Positions 34,423 through 47,196 of a stretch of 64,000 nucleotides of DNA are shown piece by piece. The notes under the pieces were generated by a model, which did not search any database, had not been told where the DNA came from, and saw nothing but the letters and a program-made list of their open reading frames with translations. The stretch's first letter is position 1. Every line of letters begins with the position of its first letter. Made by a program: the position numbers and the translations under genes. This DNA comes from Heptranchias perlo (lineage: Eukaryota): the NCBI RefSeq assembly GCF_035084215.1, contig NW_027139581.1:3100001-3164000 (forward strand), read 5' to 3'.

Positions 34423-35321
34423 TTATTTAATGAATTTAATAATTACAGTAAAGGGATATTTCACCACATTCTTCAACTCCTCTCTGAATTTAGTCTGGGT
34501 CACGGCATAAATACACGTGTTGGTGCAGCAACTCAGGAGCTGGAGCATAAATCCCAGTTCTTGTACAAATTTAGGGAGATACACAGGAATAAAGTCTAAC
34601 ACATATAATCGGTACCATACAAAATACAACAGAAACACCGCCCATAACAGGATAAAATTCCCCGATATAACAAACAGTAAAATGATGGATTTCCTTCTCT
34701 TCTCCATCTCTGGGTCACTGGGACTCTCCCCACTGCTGTGGGCCCGGAGTCTCCTGCGGACTCTGCTCGACACTAAAATGTGTCTGACGGTTAAAACATT
34801 GAGGAGCAGAATCAGAACAAATGGAACAAATGGGGTTAAAATATAATGAAGGAATTCAATTACTGCCCACACCTGAGAGTAAATAACATCATTTGATACA
34901 AAACAAAACCAGGGATCATTACTAATCCAATATTGATCTCCATACATAAAGTACCAGAAAGTGTTCTTCACACAGAACAGCACACTCACTGTTCCCAAAA
35001 CCACAGCCGCCGTTTTCTCGGTGCAATATTTTGTTTTCAGCTTCTGGCAACAAATGGCCACAAATCGATCAAAGGTGAAAGTGACCGTGAACCAGACAGA
35101 ACAGTCTGTGGCTGCGTAAAGCAGGACGGCGTGGATATTACACACTTTAAAGGCCCACATGAACTGAAACTGAGCCCGATAAAGAATAGGAATTTGCCTG
35201 AATATCAGATCAGTGATAACGACCAGTAGATCGGCCGCTGCCATGGACACCAGGTAACGGGTGACACATTTGGAGAGACCGCACCTTCCTCGAGACAGGA
35301 TCACAATCGTCACTAAGTTCA
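34423..35321 (-). CDS. GPR139/GPR142-like class A GPCR (GPCR-1), exon 2 of 2 (339 aa total)
   Basis: Acceptor TTTTTCTCTTCCTTACAG|TG, phase 1. Seven hydrophobic segments with exon 1, plus MAAADLL (TM2), FTFDRFVAIC (DRY-like) and NTCIY (NPxxY-like). Confidence 0.9.
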
Positions 35322-35444
35322 CTGTAAGGAAGAGAAAAACAGGGAATTATACTTCAGACTGAGAGTAAAAGCAGCAGCCTGGTCGAATTCAGGGTGAAAT
35401 GTTCAGCGTTATTATTGAATCCAGGGACAGAATCTAATTACTGG

Positions 35445-35545
35445 TGGAGTTGAGTTCGAAGATCAGCCATGATCTTATTGAATGGCGGAGCAGGCTCGAG
35501 GGGCCGGATGGTCTACTCCTGCCCCTATTTCTTACGTTCGTATGT
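35445..35545 (+). mobile_element. Short CR1 3' tail in the GPCR-1 intron
   Basis: GATCAGCCATGATCTTATTGAATGGCGGAGCAGGCTCGAGGGGCCG. Confidence 0.75.
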
Positions 35546-35679
35546 ACTTTCCTTGTGACAGAACTTTCTGCTGCGGAGAGGGTTTGTTGTAAATGACCGC
35601 CCCGGTGTAGAAGGAAACCAAAACCACCAGCAGGCCCCAGCTCCAATCCAGGGCCTGTCATGGGTCGGCAGTTGGAAGT

Positions 35680-38230
35680 TACAATGGCCTCAGTGACCTT
35701 GGGTTAGGAGATGAAGTGGAACGCCTCCTGGTCCGATTTAACCTAAGATCCTGGCCAGGGAGGGGGATGGATTCAGTAAGGAGGGAACGGAATTTGTGAT
35801 CGGGGCCGAAGACAATGGCTTCACTCTTCGCAATGGTTAAATGGACGAAATTTCTGCTGATCCAGGACTGGACGCCGGACAAGCAGTCTGACAAACCAGA
35901 GGCAGTGAAGGGGCCGGGAGAGGCGGTGCTGTGGTACTGCTGGGTGTGAGTGTACATGTGGAATCTGACAGTGTGCTTTAGGAGGATGTCGCCGAGGGGA
36001 AGCTTGCAGATGTGAAATAGGAGGATTGTTCCTTGGGGGACACCAGCGATAACGGTGCGGGGGCGGGAAGATATGCCGATCCAGGAGATTCTCTGAAGAA
36101 ACCTTGATGGATAGGAATGGAACCAGGCGAGGGCAGTCCCACCCTGTTGGACAACGGACGAGAGGCGTTTGAGTTGGATGGTGTGGTCTCCCGTGTCAAA
36201 GGATGAAGAGGGATAGTTTACCACGGTCAGTCACATAGGATGTGATTTGTGACTTTGATTCGGCCCGATTCCGCGCTGTTGCAGGGGCGGGAACCTGATT
36301 GGAGAGGTTACTGGTGCAGTTTCAGGCAAGAAAGGCATGTATTTGGGAGGTGACAACAAGTTTCAGGAGAGGAAAGGGAGGTTGGAGACGGGGGCGGTAA
36401 TTTGCAAGGACAGAGAGGTCATGGATGGTTTTTTTGAGGATGGGGTGATGACGGCAGATTTGAAAGGAACGTGACAGTACCAGACAAAAGAGAACCGGGA
36501 AGGAAAGAGTTAACTTTGCCCCTTTAGATATTACATTCGGACATTGTAAGTTTAAACTGCAAAGGCAGCAATGTGCAGAAACTTCGAGAAGCTACGAACA
36601 GGCTTTTGGTTCTCAAAACAACTGATAGGAACCTCAACAAACAGCAACTTGGAAAAACAGTGCTGAGAGAGTTTGAAATCTTTGGGAGAGACAATTCAAG
36701 TTACTTACACCTGGTTTCACACGGGGAAAAGGCTGTTGGAGATTTCACACGGTGATTTCACACGGTGATTTCACACGGTGGTTTCACTCGGTGATTTCAC
36801 ACGGTGGTTTCACACGGTGATTTCACACGGTGGTTTCACACGGTGATTTCACTCGGTGGTTTCACACGGTGATTTCACTCGGTGGTTTCACACGGTGATT
36901 TCACACGGTGGTTTCACTCGGTGATATCACACGGTGATTTCACTCGGTGGTTTCACTCGGTGGTTTCACACGGTGATTTCACACGGTGGTTTCACTCGCT
37001 GGTTTCACTCGGTGGTTTCACTCGGTGGTTTCACACGGTGATTTCACACGGTGGTTTCACACGGTGGTTTCACACGGTGATTTCACTCGGTGATTTCACA
37101 CGGTGATTTCACACGGTGGAAAGGCCGCACCTGGGGTCACATGGTTTTGATTGGCCCAGCCAACAGTCCATCATCAATGCATTAGTGTGTGAGTCGCCAA
37201 AATGGGAATTCTCTTAACTTTTACTCACACCCCAACTGGCAAAATCATATAAAGATGTGACATCGTGGCAGACTCTTTAATGTAGTTGGAGGAACCTTAA
37301 GAAGCTTCGCCTGGAGGAAGGACGTCCAACAACAAAAGAAGAAAAGTTCAAGAGAGAGAGAGAGAGCTGATCACTCTTCTGCCTTGGTGCTGAAATCCTT
37401 GGTTTTAAGCTTGAATGTATTGTTTGATTTGTTTGATGCGTGTAAGAATTATGTAAATCATTAAATAATCACTTTGATTAACGAACCTACAACATACATC
37501 TTTGACTGACTATTGTCCAGGCCCTAAAATCGTTTACAATATCAGCTAGCATGGGGATCAGGAAGGGAAGTTGTGTGCTCAGCAGTTCAGTGGGAAAAGG
37601 GCCGAGGGAGCAGCAGATTGGTTTCATGGTCAAGATGAGCTCGGAGAGGGCATGAGGGGAGATAGAAGAGAAACAAGAGAAAGATGTGGATTCAGGGTTA
37701 GGGCTGGGGGGCGGGGACTTTCGGGAAGATTGGCTCGGTGGACTGGAGGAAGGTAGAGAAGCGGCAGAGGCAGCTAAATGAATGGTCTCAATCGTAGTGA
37801 CAAAGAAATCCATGAGCTCCTCGCACTTGAAGGAAGTGAGGGTGGAGGGGACAGGGGAGAGGGGTTTAAGAAGACGGTTTGTAGTGAAGAGAAGCCGGGT
37901 CATCTTCGCATTCCAGGGTGATCCTGGAATAGTGAGCAGTTTTAACAGAGGAGAGCAGGTCCCGATAGTACTTGATGAGGTCGAGCGAGATCTGGCGATT
38001 AATGGCTTATCTCGATGTGCGCCATAAGTGTTCAAATCTGCGTCCCTTGGACCTTAAGGAGCAACGATGGAAGTCGTGCCAAGGAGAACGAACAGGGTGA
38101 GAGAGAGTAAGGGGTTTACTGGGGTCAAGGGTATCAAAGGTGGAGGTGAGGGTGAGATTGAGCTGCAGAAGTACCGTGGCGAATGGAGGGTCAAAGGTGA
38201 AACAGTTGGGAATTTCAAAGTGATCTGAAG
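35680..38230 (-). mobile_element. Degenerate L2-type LINE in the GPCR-1 intron, split by a ~1-kb insertion (36498-37530)
   Basis: ORF pieces SSSFDTGDH..GTALAWFHSY..GVPQG..WISRNFVHL..KSEAIVFG and KCEELMDFFVTTIETI. The two halves appear to rejoin across the insertion. Confidence 0.75.
36741..37117. repeat. 13-bp minisatellite (G(A/G)TTTCAC(A/T)CGGT), about 29 units
   Basis: Direct periodicity. Confidence 0.93.
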
Positions 38231-39061
38231 GAATGGGATTAAATCAAAACCAAAGGAAATAAATCAATTCAAACATAACGGAACAAACAACAACAATTTG
38301 CATTTATATAGCGCCTTTAACATCGTAAAATATCCCAATGCGCATCAACAGTAGATGTCAGATAGTCCATGTGGACATCACTGAGATCTCCTGTAATGTG
38401 GCGCACGGGAACGGGACGAAATGAAAACAGTGGAAATAAATCAACTCAAACATAACTGAATAAATAATTTACTGGAATATATATTATAGTTTAAAGCCTG
38501 TCCTGACCATCCACCACCAGTGACCATAAGGTAGAGCGAGAGACGGTTGAAATTAAGACAGCTGCCTGGAGCTGAATCATTATTAGATATTGTCCAATAT
38601 TTCAGAGTGTATTGGTGATCTGACTGTCAGCGCTGGTTTCCACAGATCAGTGTCATTAACTATAACCAGCAGACCTTAAAACTCCTGTTGCCTGTGAACA
38701 CATATTTCTGATCCGACACGAGGGTTCAGTGCAGAGAGCAGAGGGCAAACTGTTCAATAAAGAGAATCCTCCAACAACCTTCCTTGTTTACAGCCAACAG
38801 TCAAATTAGCAGTTGAATCCTATAAAAATGACTATCAGTTGAAGAAAGTGATGAAAAGTAATGAAAAGGACAGACTGTTCATTGGTCTGGGAGCAGGTAA
38901 TCGGCAACTGTTCACATGTTACATGAAGGAAACAAGGTGCATTACCAGACACTGAACAAGAGGATTACACTGAATACAATTAATAACCGGGTCTAAAGGA
39001 CAAGGACAGTAAATACAGTTAATCATGGTTTACAGAATGATTTGCTGAAATAATGACTTAC

Positions 39062-39182
39062 CAGGAACACCAACAGTAGCAAGGAGCGGATAGTAAATCT
39101 TTTGTACATCAAAAATTGCCCACAGAATCCGAAGTTCAGTTGGAACATACCAGAACATTCTTTCATCATCTCTGAGATCCAT
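39062..39182 (-). CDS. GPCR-1 exon 1 (MDLRDDERMFWYVPTELRILWAIFDVQKIYYPLLATVGVP)
   Basis: ATG at 39182, 121 nt, donor G|GTAAGT at 39061. Joins in frame to give GVPVN in TM1. TATA ~75 nt upstream of the ATG. Confidence 0.88.
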
Positions 39183-39251
39183 TGATCACTGTTTGACCTG
39201 GAGGCAAAGCTGCATCAAACACTCTGATGTGACGCCTTGAAAACAGTCCCT

Positions 39252-39331
39252 ATTTATATCTTGGGGGAACTCTCCAGTGTGACATTTAAACGACACAATG
39301 GCTGACATTAATTATAGTCACTGAACAAACA
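39252..39331 (-). promoter_or_regulatory. GPCR-1 core promoter (TGTTTGTTCAGTGACTATAATTAAT ... ATGTCA ... TATAAAT)
   Basis: TATAAA starts at 39258. Motif order and spacing are shared with 58700-58778. Confidence 0.7.
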
Positions 39332-39624
39332 GGTCAGGTTAATCCCTTAACACCATCACTCTATTATGGGTGAACAAGTAGTTTACTGACATGAAGTGAT
39401 GGTATCGATAATTCGAAATATTACTTCAAAAAACATCGTGAAGGAAGAAAATATGAATCCCGCAGTCTTACAGTACTGATGTGAAGAGAGAGCAGCTTTA
39501 CTGACAGTGTTCTGATTACTTCTGTGATATGAATTCAGCCTGCAATTTCAGGATTTTTCAAATCAGTTTCTGGGTTGGACTTAACAAATGTGCGAAAGAC
39601 AAAAAAGGATGGATAGAAGCAGAT

Positions 39625-41485
39625 CAAGTTATGGTCAGTAAGGATATGAGGGCGGATAATACAATGGTCAGTAAGGGTATATGGGGGCTGATAATACAAT
39701 GGTCAGTAAGGATACATGGGGTCTGATAATACAATGGTCAGTAAAGATACATGGGGGCTGATAATACAATGGTCAGTAAGGATACATGGGGGCTGATAAT
39801 ACAATGGTCAGTAATGATACATGGGGGCTGATAATACAATGGTCAGTAAAGATACATGGGGGCTGATAATACAATGGTCAGTAAGGATACATGGGGGCTG
39901 ATAATACAATGGTCAGTAAGGATACATGAGGGCTGATAATACAATGGTCAGTAAAGATACATGGGGCTGATAATTCAATGGTCAGTAAGCATAAATGGGG
40001 CTGATAATACAATGGTAGGTACGGATAAATGAGCGATAATAATACAATGGTCATTAAGGAAACACGGGGTCTGATAATACAATTGTCAGTATGGATACAG
40101 GAGAATGATAATACAATGGTCAGTTAGCATACACGGGGCTGATTATATAATGGTCAGAAAGGATGCAGGTGGATGATAATGCAATGGTCTTCAAGGATAC
40201 ATGACTCTGATAATGGAATAGTGAGTAAGGATACAAGAGGATGATAATACAATGGTGACTAAGGATACCGAAGGATGAAAATACAATGGTCAGTAAGGAT
40301 ACCGGAGGATGATAATACAGTGGTCAGTAAGGATACATGGGGGCTGATAATACAATGGTCAGTAAGGATACATCGGGGCTGATAATACAATGGTCAGTAA
40401 GGATACACGGGGTCTGATAATACAATGGTCAGTAAGGATATATGGGGGCTGATAATACAATGGTCAGTAAGGATACATGGGGGCTGATAATACAATGGTC
40501 AGGAAAGATACATGGGGGCTGATAATACAACGGTCAGTAAGGATACCGGAGGATGATAATACAATGGTCAGTAAAGATACATGGGGGCTGATAATTCAAG
40601 GATACATGACTCTGATGATAGAATAGTGAGTAAGGATACAAGGGGATGACAATACAATGGGAACTAAGGATACCGAAGGATGATAATGCAATGGTCATTA
40701 AGGATAGATGGGGCTGATAATACAATGTTCAGTGAGGATACATGGGGCTGATAATACAATGTTCAGTGAGGATACATGGGGCTGATAATGCAATGGTCCT
40801 GAAGGATAGGTGGGGCTGAATATATAATGGTCAGTAAGGATACATGGGGGCTGATAATACTCTGGTCAGTAAAGATACAGTAAGCTGATAATACAATGGT
40901 CAGGAAGGATATATGGGGCTGATAATACATTCGTCAGTAAGGATAAACGGGGTCTGATAAAACAATCTACATTAAGGATGTATGGGGCTCATCATACAAT
41001 GGCCAATGTTGATCCATGGGGCTGATAATACAATGGGCATTCAGTTCAAATGGGACTGATAATACAATGGTCAGTAATGCTACCTGTGGACTGATAATAC
41101 AGTGGTCTGTGTGGGTACACGGGTGCTAATAATACAATGATAAATAAGGGTATATGGTGTCTGATAAGACAATGGTCAATGAGGGTAAATGGGACTGATA
41201 ATACAATGGTAAGTACGGATAAATGGGGGCTGATTATACAATGGTCATTAAGGATACATTGATGCTGATAATACAATTGTAAGTGAGAATAGATGGGGTC
41301 TGATAATAAAGTGGTCAGGACGGATACATGGGGGCTGATAATACAATGGTCAGAGAGGATACATGGGGGCTGATCATACAATGGTCAGTCACGATACATA
41401 AGGGCTGATAATACAATGGTCAGTAAGGATACCTGGGGCTGATAATACAATGGTCAGTAAGGATACCTGGGGCTGATAAAACAAT
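39625..41485. repeat. 35-bp satellite, about 50 units (GATAATACAATGGTCAGTAAGGATACATGGGGGCT), upstream of GPCR-1
   Basis: Direct periodicity with patches of diverged units. Confidence 0.95.
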
Positions 41486-41489
41486 GAGT

Positions 41490-43205
41490 AAAAGGGCAGT
41501 CAAAGGAAGCGTGGGACTGATTTGGGACAAAAAGGAGATCTTCTTGTGGAGGCAGTGGGCATGGCTGAGGTACTAAATGAATGCTTCGCATCAGTCTTCA
41601 AGAGAGAAGAGGATGCTGCCACTGTCGCAGTAAAGGAGGAGGTAGTAGCGATATCAGATAGGGCAAAAATAGGTAAAGAGGAGGTACTTGAAAGGTTGGC
41701 AGCTCTCAAAATAGAAATATCACCCGATCCAAACTAGATCCATCCGATGTGACTGAGGAAAGTAAGGGTAGAAATTGCAGAGGCTCTGGCCACAATCTTC
41801 CAATCTTCCTTAGATATGCGGCAATGCCAGAGTATTGGAGGAACACAATTGCTATAACCCTGTTCAATAAAGGGGAGAGGGATAAACCCGGCAATTACAG
41901 GCCAATCAGCCTAACGTCAGTGGTGGGGAAACTTTTAGAGACAATAATCCTGGACAAAATTAATTTGCACTTGGAAAAGTATGGGCTAATAAGTGAATGT
42001 CAGCACGGATTTGTCAACGGAAAATCACGTTTCACTAACTTGATTGAGTTCTTTGATGAAGTAATGGAGAGGGTTGATAAGGGCAGTGTGGTAGATGTTG
42101 TAAATATGGACTTTCAAAAGGCTTTTCATGAAGCACCACTTAATAGACAAAATTGAAGCATATGGAATTAAAGGGACAGTGGCATTGTGGATACAATATT
42201 GGCTTATGGTCAGAAAGCGGAGAGTAGTGGTGAACGGTTGTTTTGCAGGACGGAGGGGAGCTTGCAGTGGTGTTCCCCAGGGGATGGTGTTAGGACCATT
42301 GCTCTATGTGATCTACATTAATGGCCTGGACTTAGATATACAGGGTATAATTTCAAAGTTTGCGGATGATACGTAACTCAGGAATGCAATAAGCAATGTG
42401 GAGAATAGTAACAGACTTCAGGAGGACAGAGTCAGACTGGTAAAATGGGCAGACACATGGCAGATAAAATTTAATGCAGAGAATGTGAAGTGATCCATTT
42501 TGTTCGGAAGAATGAGGAGAGGTAATATAATCGAAATGGTACAATTTTAAAGGGGGTACAGGAACAGAGAGACCTGGGGATTATGTACACAAATCCTTGA
42601 CGATGGCAGGACAAGTTGAGAAGGCTGTTGAAAAAGCACATGGGATCCTGGGCTTTATTAACAGAGGCATAGAGTACAAACGCAAGGAAATTAAGCTAAA
42701 CCTTTATAAAACACTGGTTAGGCCTCAGCTGGACAATTGTGTTCAGTTATGTGCACCACACAGGAGGAAGGAGGTGAAGGCCTGAGAGAGGGTGCAGAAG
42801 AGATTTACGAAAATGGTACCAGGGATGAGGGACTTCAGTTATGTGGACAGACTGGAGAAGGTGGGATTGTTCTCCTTCGAGCCGAGAAGGTGAAGAGGAG
42901 ATTTGATTGAGGTATTGAAAATCATGAACAATTTTGAGAGAATAAACAAGGAGAAACTGTTTCCATTGGCAGATGGGTCGGTAACGAGAGGGCACAGATT
43001 TAAGGTGATTGGCAAAAGAGCCAGAGGCGACATGAAGAAACATTGTTTTAATGCAGATCTTTGTAATGATGTGGAATGCACGGCCTGAAAGGATGGTGAA
43101 AGCAGATTGAATAGTAAATCTCAAAAGGGAATTGGATAAATACTGGAAAAGAAAAAAAATAGAGGCTCGAGGGGCTGAATGGCCTCCTCATGTTCCCATG
43201 TTCCG
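41490..43205 (+). mobile_element. CR1 LINE 3' ~1.7 kb, degenerate
   Basis: MAEVLNECFASVF, PGNYRPISLTSVVGKLLE, GVPQGMVLGP, SKFADDT, TRGHRFKV, followed by the CR1 tail. Confidence 0.9.
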
Positions 43206-43884
43206 AAGCTAACTCCACTTACCCATGATGCCTGTAATAGCCATATTATCATTGTTTAATGCTAAAACTCATATAGAACCACAGTTATTTTCCAACAATG
43301 GTAACTTATTTTAACCCTGGTGAATGGTTTTCCTCTTGAACGAACGATTGTCTTTGAAATGTGACACACACTGACCGCCCATTATTCTCCCATCATTGGT
43401 CACCGCCCACCAGCCGCCCTCTGTGTCCATGAAGATGAGTCTGACGGACAGATTAATCCCATTTTAAATGATCTTCCTCCACATTTACCAGGAATACAAG
43501 TGTCTGCCGCCTTCCACAAAGAGGCGCGAGGCATTGTCTGTGACTCCGTGCAGTCGCCTCGATGAGAAGTTCAAACCAATGGGAAGTAAGTCTAAAACTG
43601 CAGATACATCCTTGTGACTGTGGTGCCTGGATTTCTGTCCCATTCACCAATCACCTGGGGTATAGTAAAGATACATTGATCACCTATTCCTCTATTACCC
43701 GGACATTCTTGAGGCTAAGATCCTGCCCAGGTTTGGCTGCTCCCTGGGGAGCTCCTTTGCTCTGCATCTCTATCCTTGACCATCCGTTGCCATCCTTTGC
43801 CCTTTCTCCCCCAATCTCCTCTCTTCCACTGTTTAAGTTCCTCTGGCTCCAATCGTGGATGCATTTTAGCCCGAACTACAAGTT

Positions 43885-45340
43885 CAAGCTATACACCAGA
43901 TACATCGACGAAATTTTCTTTCGATGGACCCACGGTGAGGAATCACTAAAGAGACGACACGACAACATCAACAAGTTCCATCCCACCATCAAGCTCACCA
44001 TGGACTCCTCCTCAGAATCAGTTTCTTTCTTGGACACACGAATCTCCATCAAAGACGGGCACCTCAGCACCTCACTCTACCGCAAGCCCACGGACAACTT
44101 CACGATGCTCCACTTTTCCAGCTTCCACCCTAACCACGTCAAAGAGGCCATCCCCTGTGGACAGGCCCTGCGAATTCACAGGGTCTGCTCAGACGAGGAG
44201 GAACGCGATGGACACCTACAGACTCTGAAAGACGCCCTGGTAAGAACGGGATATGACGCTCGACTCATCGATCGACAGTTCCGACGGGCCACAGCGAAAA
44301 ATCGCACAGACGTCCTCAGAAGACTAACACGGGACGCAGCCAACAGAGTACCCTTCGTCGTCCAGTACTTCCCCGGAGCGGAGAAACTACGCCATGTTCT
44401 CCGCAGCCTTCAACATGTCATCAATGACGACGAACACCTCGCTATGGCCATCCCCACACCTCCACTACTCACCTTTAAACAGACACCCAACCTCAAACAG
44501 ACCATCGTTCGCAGCAAATTACCCAGCTTTCAAGAGAACAGCGTCCACGACACCACACAACCCTGCCACGGTAACCTCTGCAAAACATGCCAGATCATCG
44601 ACACAGATACCACCATCACACGAGAGGACACCACCCACCAGGTGCATGGTTCATACTCCTGTGACTCGGCCAACGTTGTCTACCTCATACGTTGCAGGAA
44701 AGGATGCCCCAGAGCATGGTACATTGGCGAGACCATGCAGACACTGCGACAACGGATGAACGGACACCGTGCAACAATCGCCAGACAGGAGGGTTCCCTC
44801 CCAGTCGGGGAACACTTCAGCAGTCAGGGACATTCAGCCACCGACCTTCGGGTAAGCGTACTCCAAGGCGGCCTTCGAGACACACGACAACGCAAAATCG
44901 TCGAGCAGAAATTGATAGCCAAGTTCCGCACCCATGAGGACGGCCTCAACCGGGATCTTGGGTTCATGTTACGTGACACGTAAGCCCACCAGCGAACAAT
45001 ATCTATCTGTTTTTAATATAACGGTTCATTTGCTTTCTTTCTGTGCCTTCCGGATGTTTCTGCCTCTCTCTGTTTTTTTTTCCTGTTTGTTTTTTTTGTT
45101 GAATGTATATTCGGGGGTTCTGTTGGTAACACCTCTCTGGCTGAACACGGTGATTGCCTTGGCAACGGGCAGTTGCAAAGGCTGTCTGTAATCACCATGT
45201 ATTGTTCTGTGATTTATAAATGCGTAGGCTTCGAGGAGTTCCTGACATTTACCAGAGGAAGGATGAAGCCTCCGAAAGCTTGTAGATTTCAAATAAAATC
45301 GTTGGACTATAACTTGGTGTTGTAAAATTGTTTACAATTA
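43885..45340 (+). mobile_element. Penelope-like retroelement, 5'-truncated (RT C-terminus + GIY-YIG endonuclease, open to 44983) with 3' pLTR
   Basis: RYIDEIF (YIDD-type), FLD..I, LYRKPTD, C-x4-CKTC linker, NVVYLIRC...WYIGET (GIY-YIG), HF..GH, GLN. Confidence 0.93.
45248..45286 (+). ncRNA. Degenerate minimal type I hammerhead ribozyme motif (core CAGAGGA instead of CUGANGA)
   Basis: TTTAC-CAGAGGA-A-GGA(TGAAGCC)TCC-GAAA-GCTT-GTAGA. Stems I and II can pair, but U4 is mutated. Confidence 0.6.
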
Positions 45341-45344
45341 AATT

Positions 45345-45800
45345 CCCATGGCAAGCTATTCTACCTTGTCCAAAACAGTAGGACCAGCGGGCACGGTCTG
45401 CACTTGAAGGGGATAAATTCAAAACTAATCTGCAGAAATAATATTTCAGTGAGCGAGTGGCCAAAGTGTGGAACAGATTCCCTTCGGGAGACAGTGGAAG
45501 CAGTTGGATCGATTTCTTTCAGAAAATATAGGATACAGTATAAGAGTGATATGGGACATGACATGTGGTTAGTGTAACATGGTTGGGAGGAACAGGTAAC
45601 TTTGGACCTATGGTTCCTGAAGCTCTCCACCACTGGGGTTTCCCTCCCCTCATGCCTGGGTCTGATGTAGATTAATTGATAGAGATTGATTGTCATGATT
45701 AATCAACAACTCCATTATCATTATATCATGTGACTACCCAGGATGGTAGAAGATCAACTAGATGGACCTTGGTCTTTCTTTCCTTTTGGAATTCCTATGT
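45345..45800 (+). mobile_element. Diverged CR1-like 3' end fragment
   Basis: AGGACCAGCGGGCAC..TTCAGTGAGCGAGTGG..TGGAACAGA resembles the TRGH/FS.RV/WN C-terminus of CR1 ORF2. Confidence 0.45.
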
Positions 45801-46276
45801 TCCAAAAAGCACAAGGCCGCTTTTGAAATGGGAACCGCGTCTGTAACTTGTCACGCTGCAATTACACCCTCCCACCAGCAGTGGCACTGCAGCGCCTTCA
45901 CTGGCAAGAGAATGCAACTGCATCATGCCAAGTTACATTGGCGTTTCCCATTCTTCGGCTCAAATTTGATGATTCTGTGCATATTAACATGCCAACTGTA
46001 AATCGACAGTTTTCCTCCTCACTATCAACCACACGGTCAATTTTTATATCATCTGCAAACTTCTTGATCAAGACTTTCATGTAGAAAAACGACCCAAGGC
46101 GCTTCACAGATGCATAATCAGATATAAATGGACACTGAACTACAGAATGATGTATTATGAGGATCGGCCGAAAGCTTGGGCGAACAGGTGGGTTCCGAGG
46201 AGGGTCTTGAAGGAGGTGTTTAACCATGTATGTAAAAAAAAACATTAAAAAATCACAATGAACAGGTCTGCTTTGG

Positions 46277-46756
46277 AATATTCAGCCACCGATCTTCGGG
46301 TAAGCGTTCTCCAAGGCGGCCTTCGAGACACACGACAACGCAAAATCGTCGAGCAGAAGTTGATAGCCAAGTTCCGTACCCATGAGGAAGGCCTCAACCG
46401 GGATCTTGGGTTCATGTCACGCGACACGTAACCCCACCAGCAAAAAGGGGAAAAAAAAGTTATGTTTTTAATATTCTCTCTCTCTCTCTCTCTGCCATTT
46501 GGGTTTCTTTCTGTCTGTTTGTTAAATTGACACAATGTATATCCAGTGTACTGGGACGTGCTGTTCTCCGTGACTGGCCTGTTTGAACAACAACGACACC
46601 TTTTGATTGGTGTGATGGTGTCCCAGCCCAGTTTCAGATATGCGATTTGAGAACCTTTTCACTCATTCACCTGACGAAGGGGATAATCTCCGAAAGCTTG
46701 TGATTTTAAAATAAATTTGTTGGACTATAACCTGGTGTTGTAAGATTCCTTACATT
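46277..46756 (+). mobile_element. Second Penelope-like fragment (GIY-YIG C-terminus + pLTR)
   Basis: 46280-46440 is nearly identical to 44832-44992. It ends AAATAAA..TGTTGGACTATAACCTGGTGTTGTAA, like 45291-45325. Confidence 0.88.
46667..46703 (+). ncRNA. Minimal type I hammerhead ribozyme motif in the Penelope pLTR
   Basis: TCAC-CTGACGA-A-GGGG(ATAAT)CTCC-GAAA-GCTT-GTGA. Intact CUGANGA/GAAA core, stem I TCAC/GTGA, palindromic AGCT stem III. Confidence 0.75.
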
Positions 46757-46779
46757 TGCTTTGGAATACACAGAGGAAG

Positions 46780-47196
46780 TCCCGCTCACCCAACACCACT
46801 GTCCTCGCTGTCCCACATTGTTTTCCAGTTCCCCAACGCCTCCAATTTAAAATTCTCATCCTCGTCTTTAAAACCCTCCATGGCCTCACTTTTCCCTATC
46901 TCTGTAATCTCCTTCAGCCCTACAACCCTCCGAGATCTCTGCACTCCTCCAATTCTGGCGTCTTATCCACTCCCACACTTTTCTTCCAACCATTGGCGGC
47001 CGTGCCTCCATCCGTCTAGGGCCCAAGCTCTGGAATTCCCTCCCTAAACCGCTCCATCTCCTTCAAGACCCTCCTTGGAACCCACCTCTTCGCCCAAGCT
47101 TCCGGCCGATCCTCATAATACCTCATTCTGTAGTTCAGTCTCCATTTCTATCTGATTATGCATCTGTGAAGCGCCTTGGGTTGTTTTTCTACATGA
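46780..47196 (+). mobile_element. L2-type LINE 3' end
   Basis: VLAVPHCFPVPQRLQFKILILVFKTLHGLTFPYLCNLLQPYNPPRSLHSS. Confidence 0.8.

Noticed and set aside
36741-37117. V(D)J RSS heptamer-like CACGGTG repeats
   Set aside because: No ACAAAAACC-like nonamer at 12/23 spacing, and no Ig/TCR segments nearby.
43562-43884. N-terminal third of the 473-aa ORF as part of the Penelope protein
   Set aside because: No RT motifs before KLYTRYID. It looks like chance read-in from flanking DNA into a 5'-truncated element.
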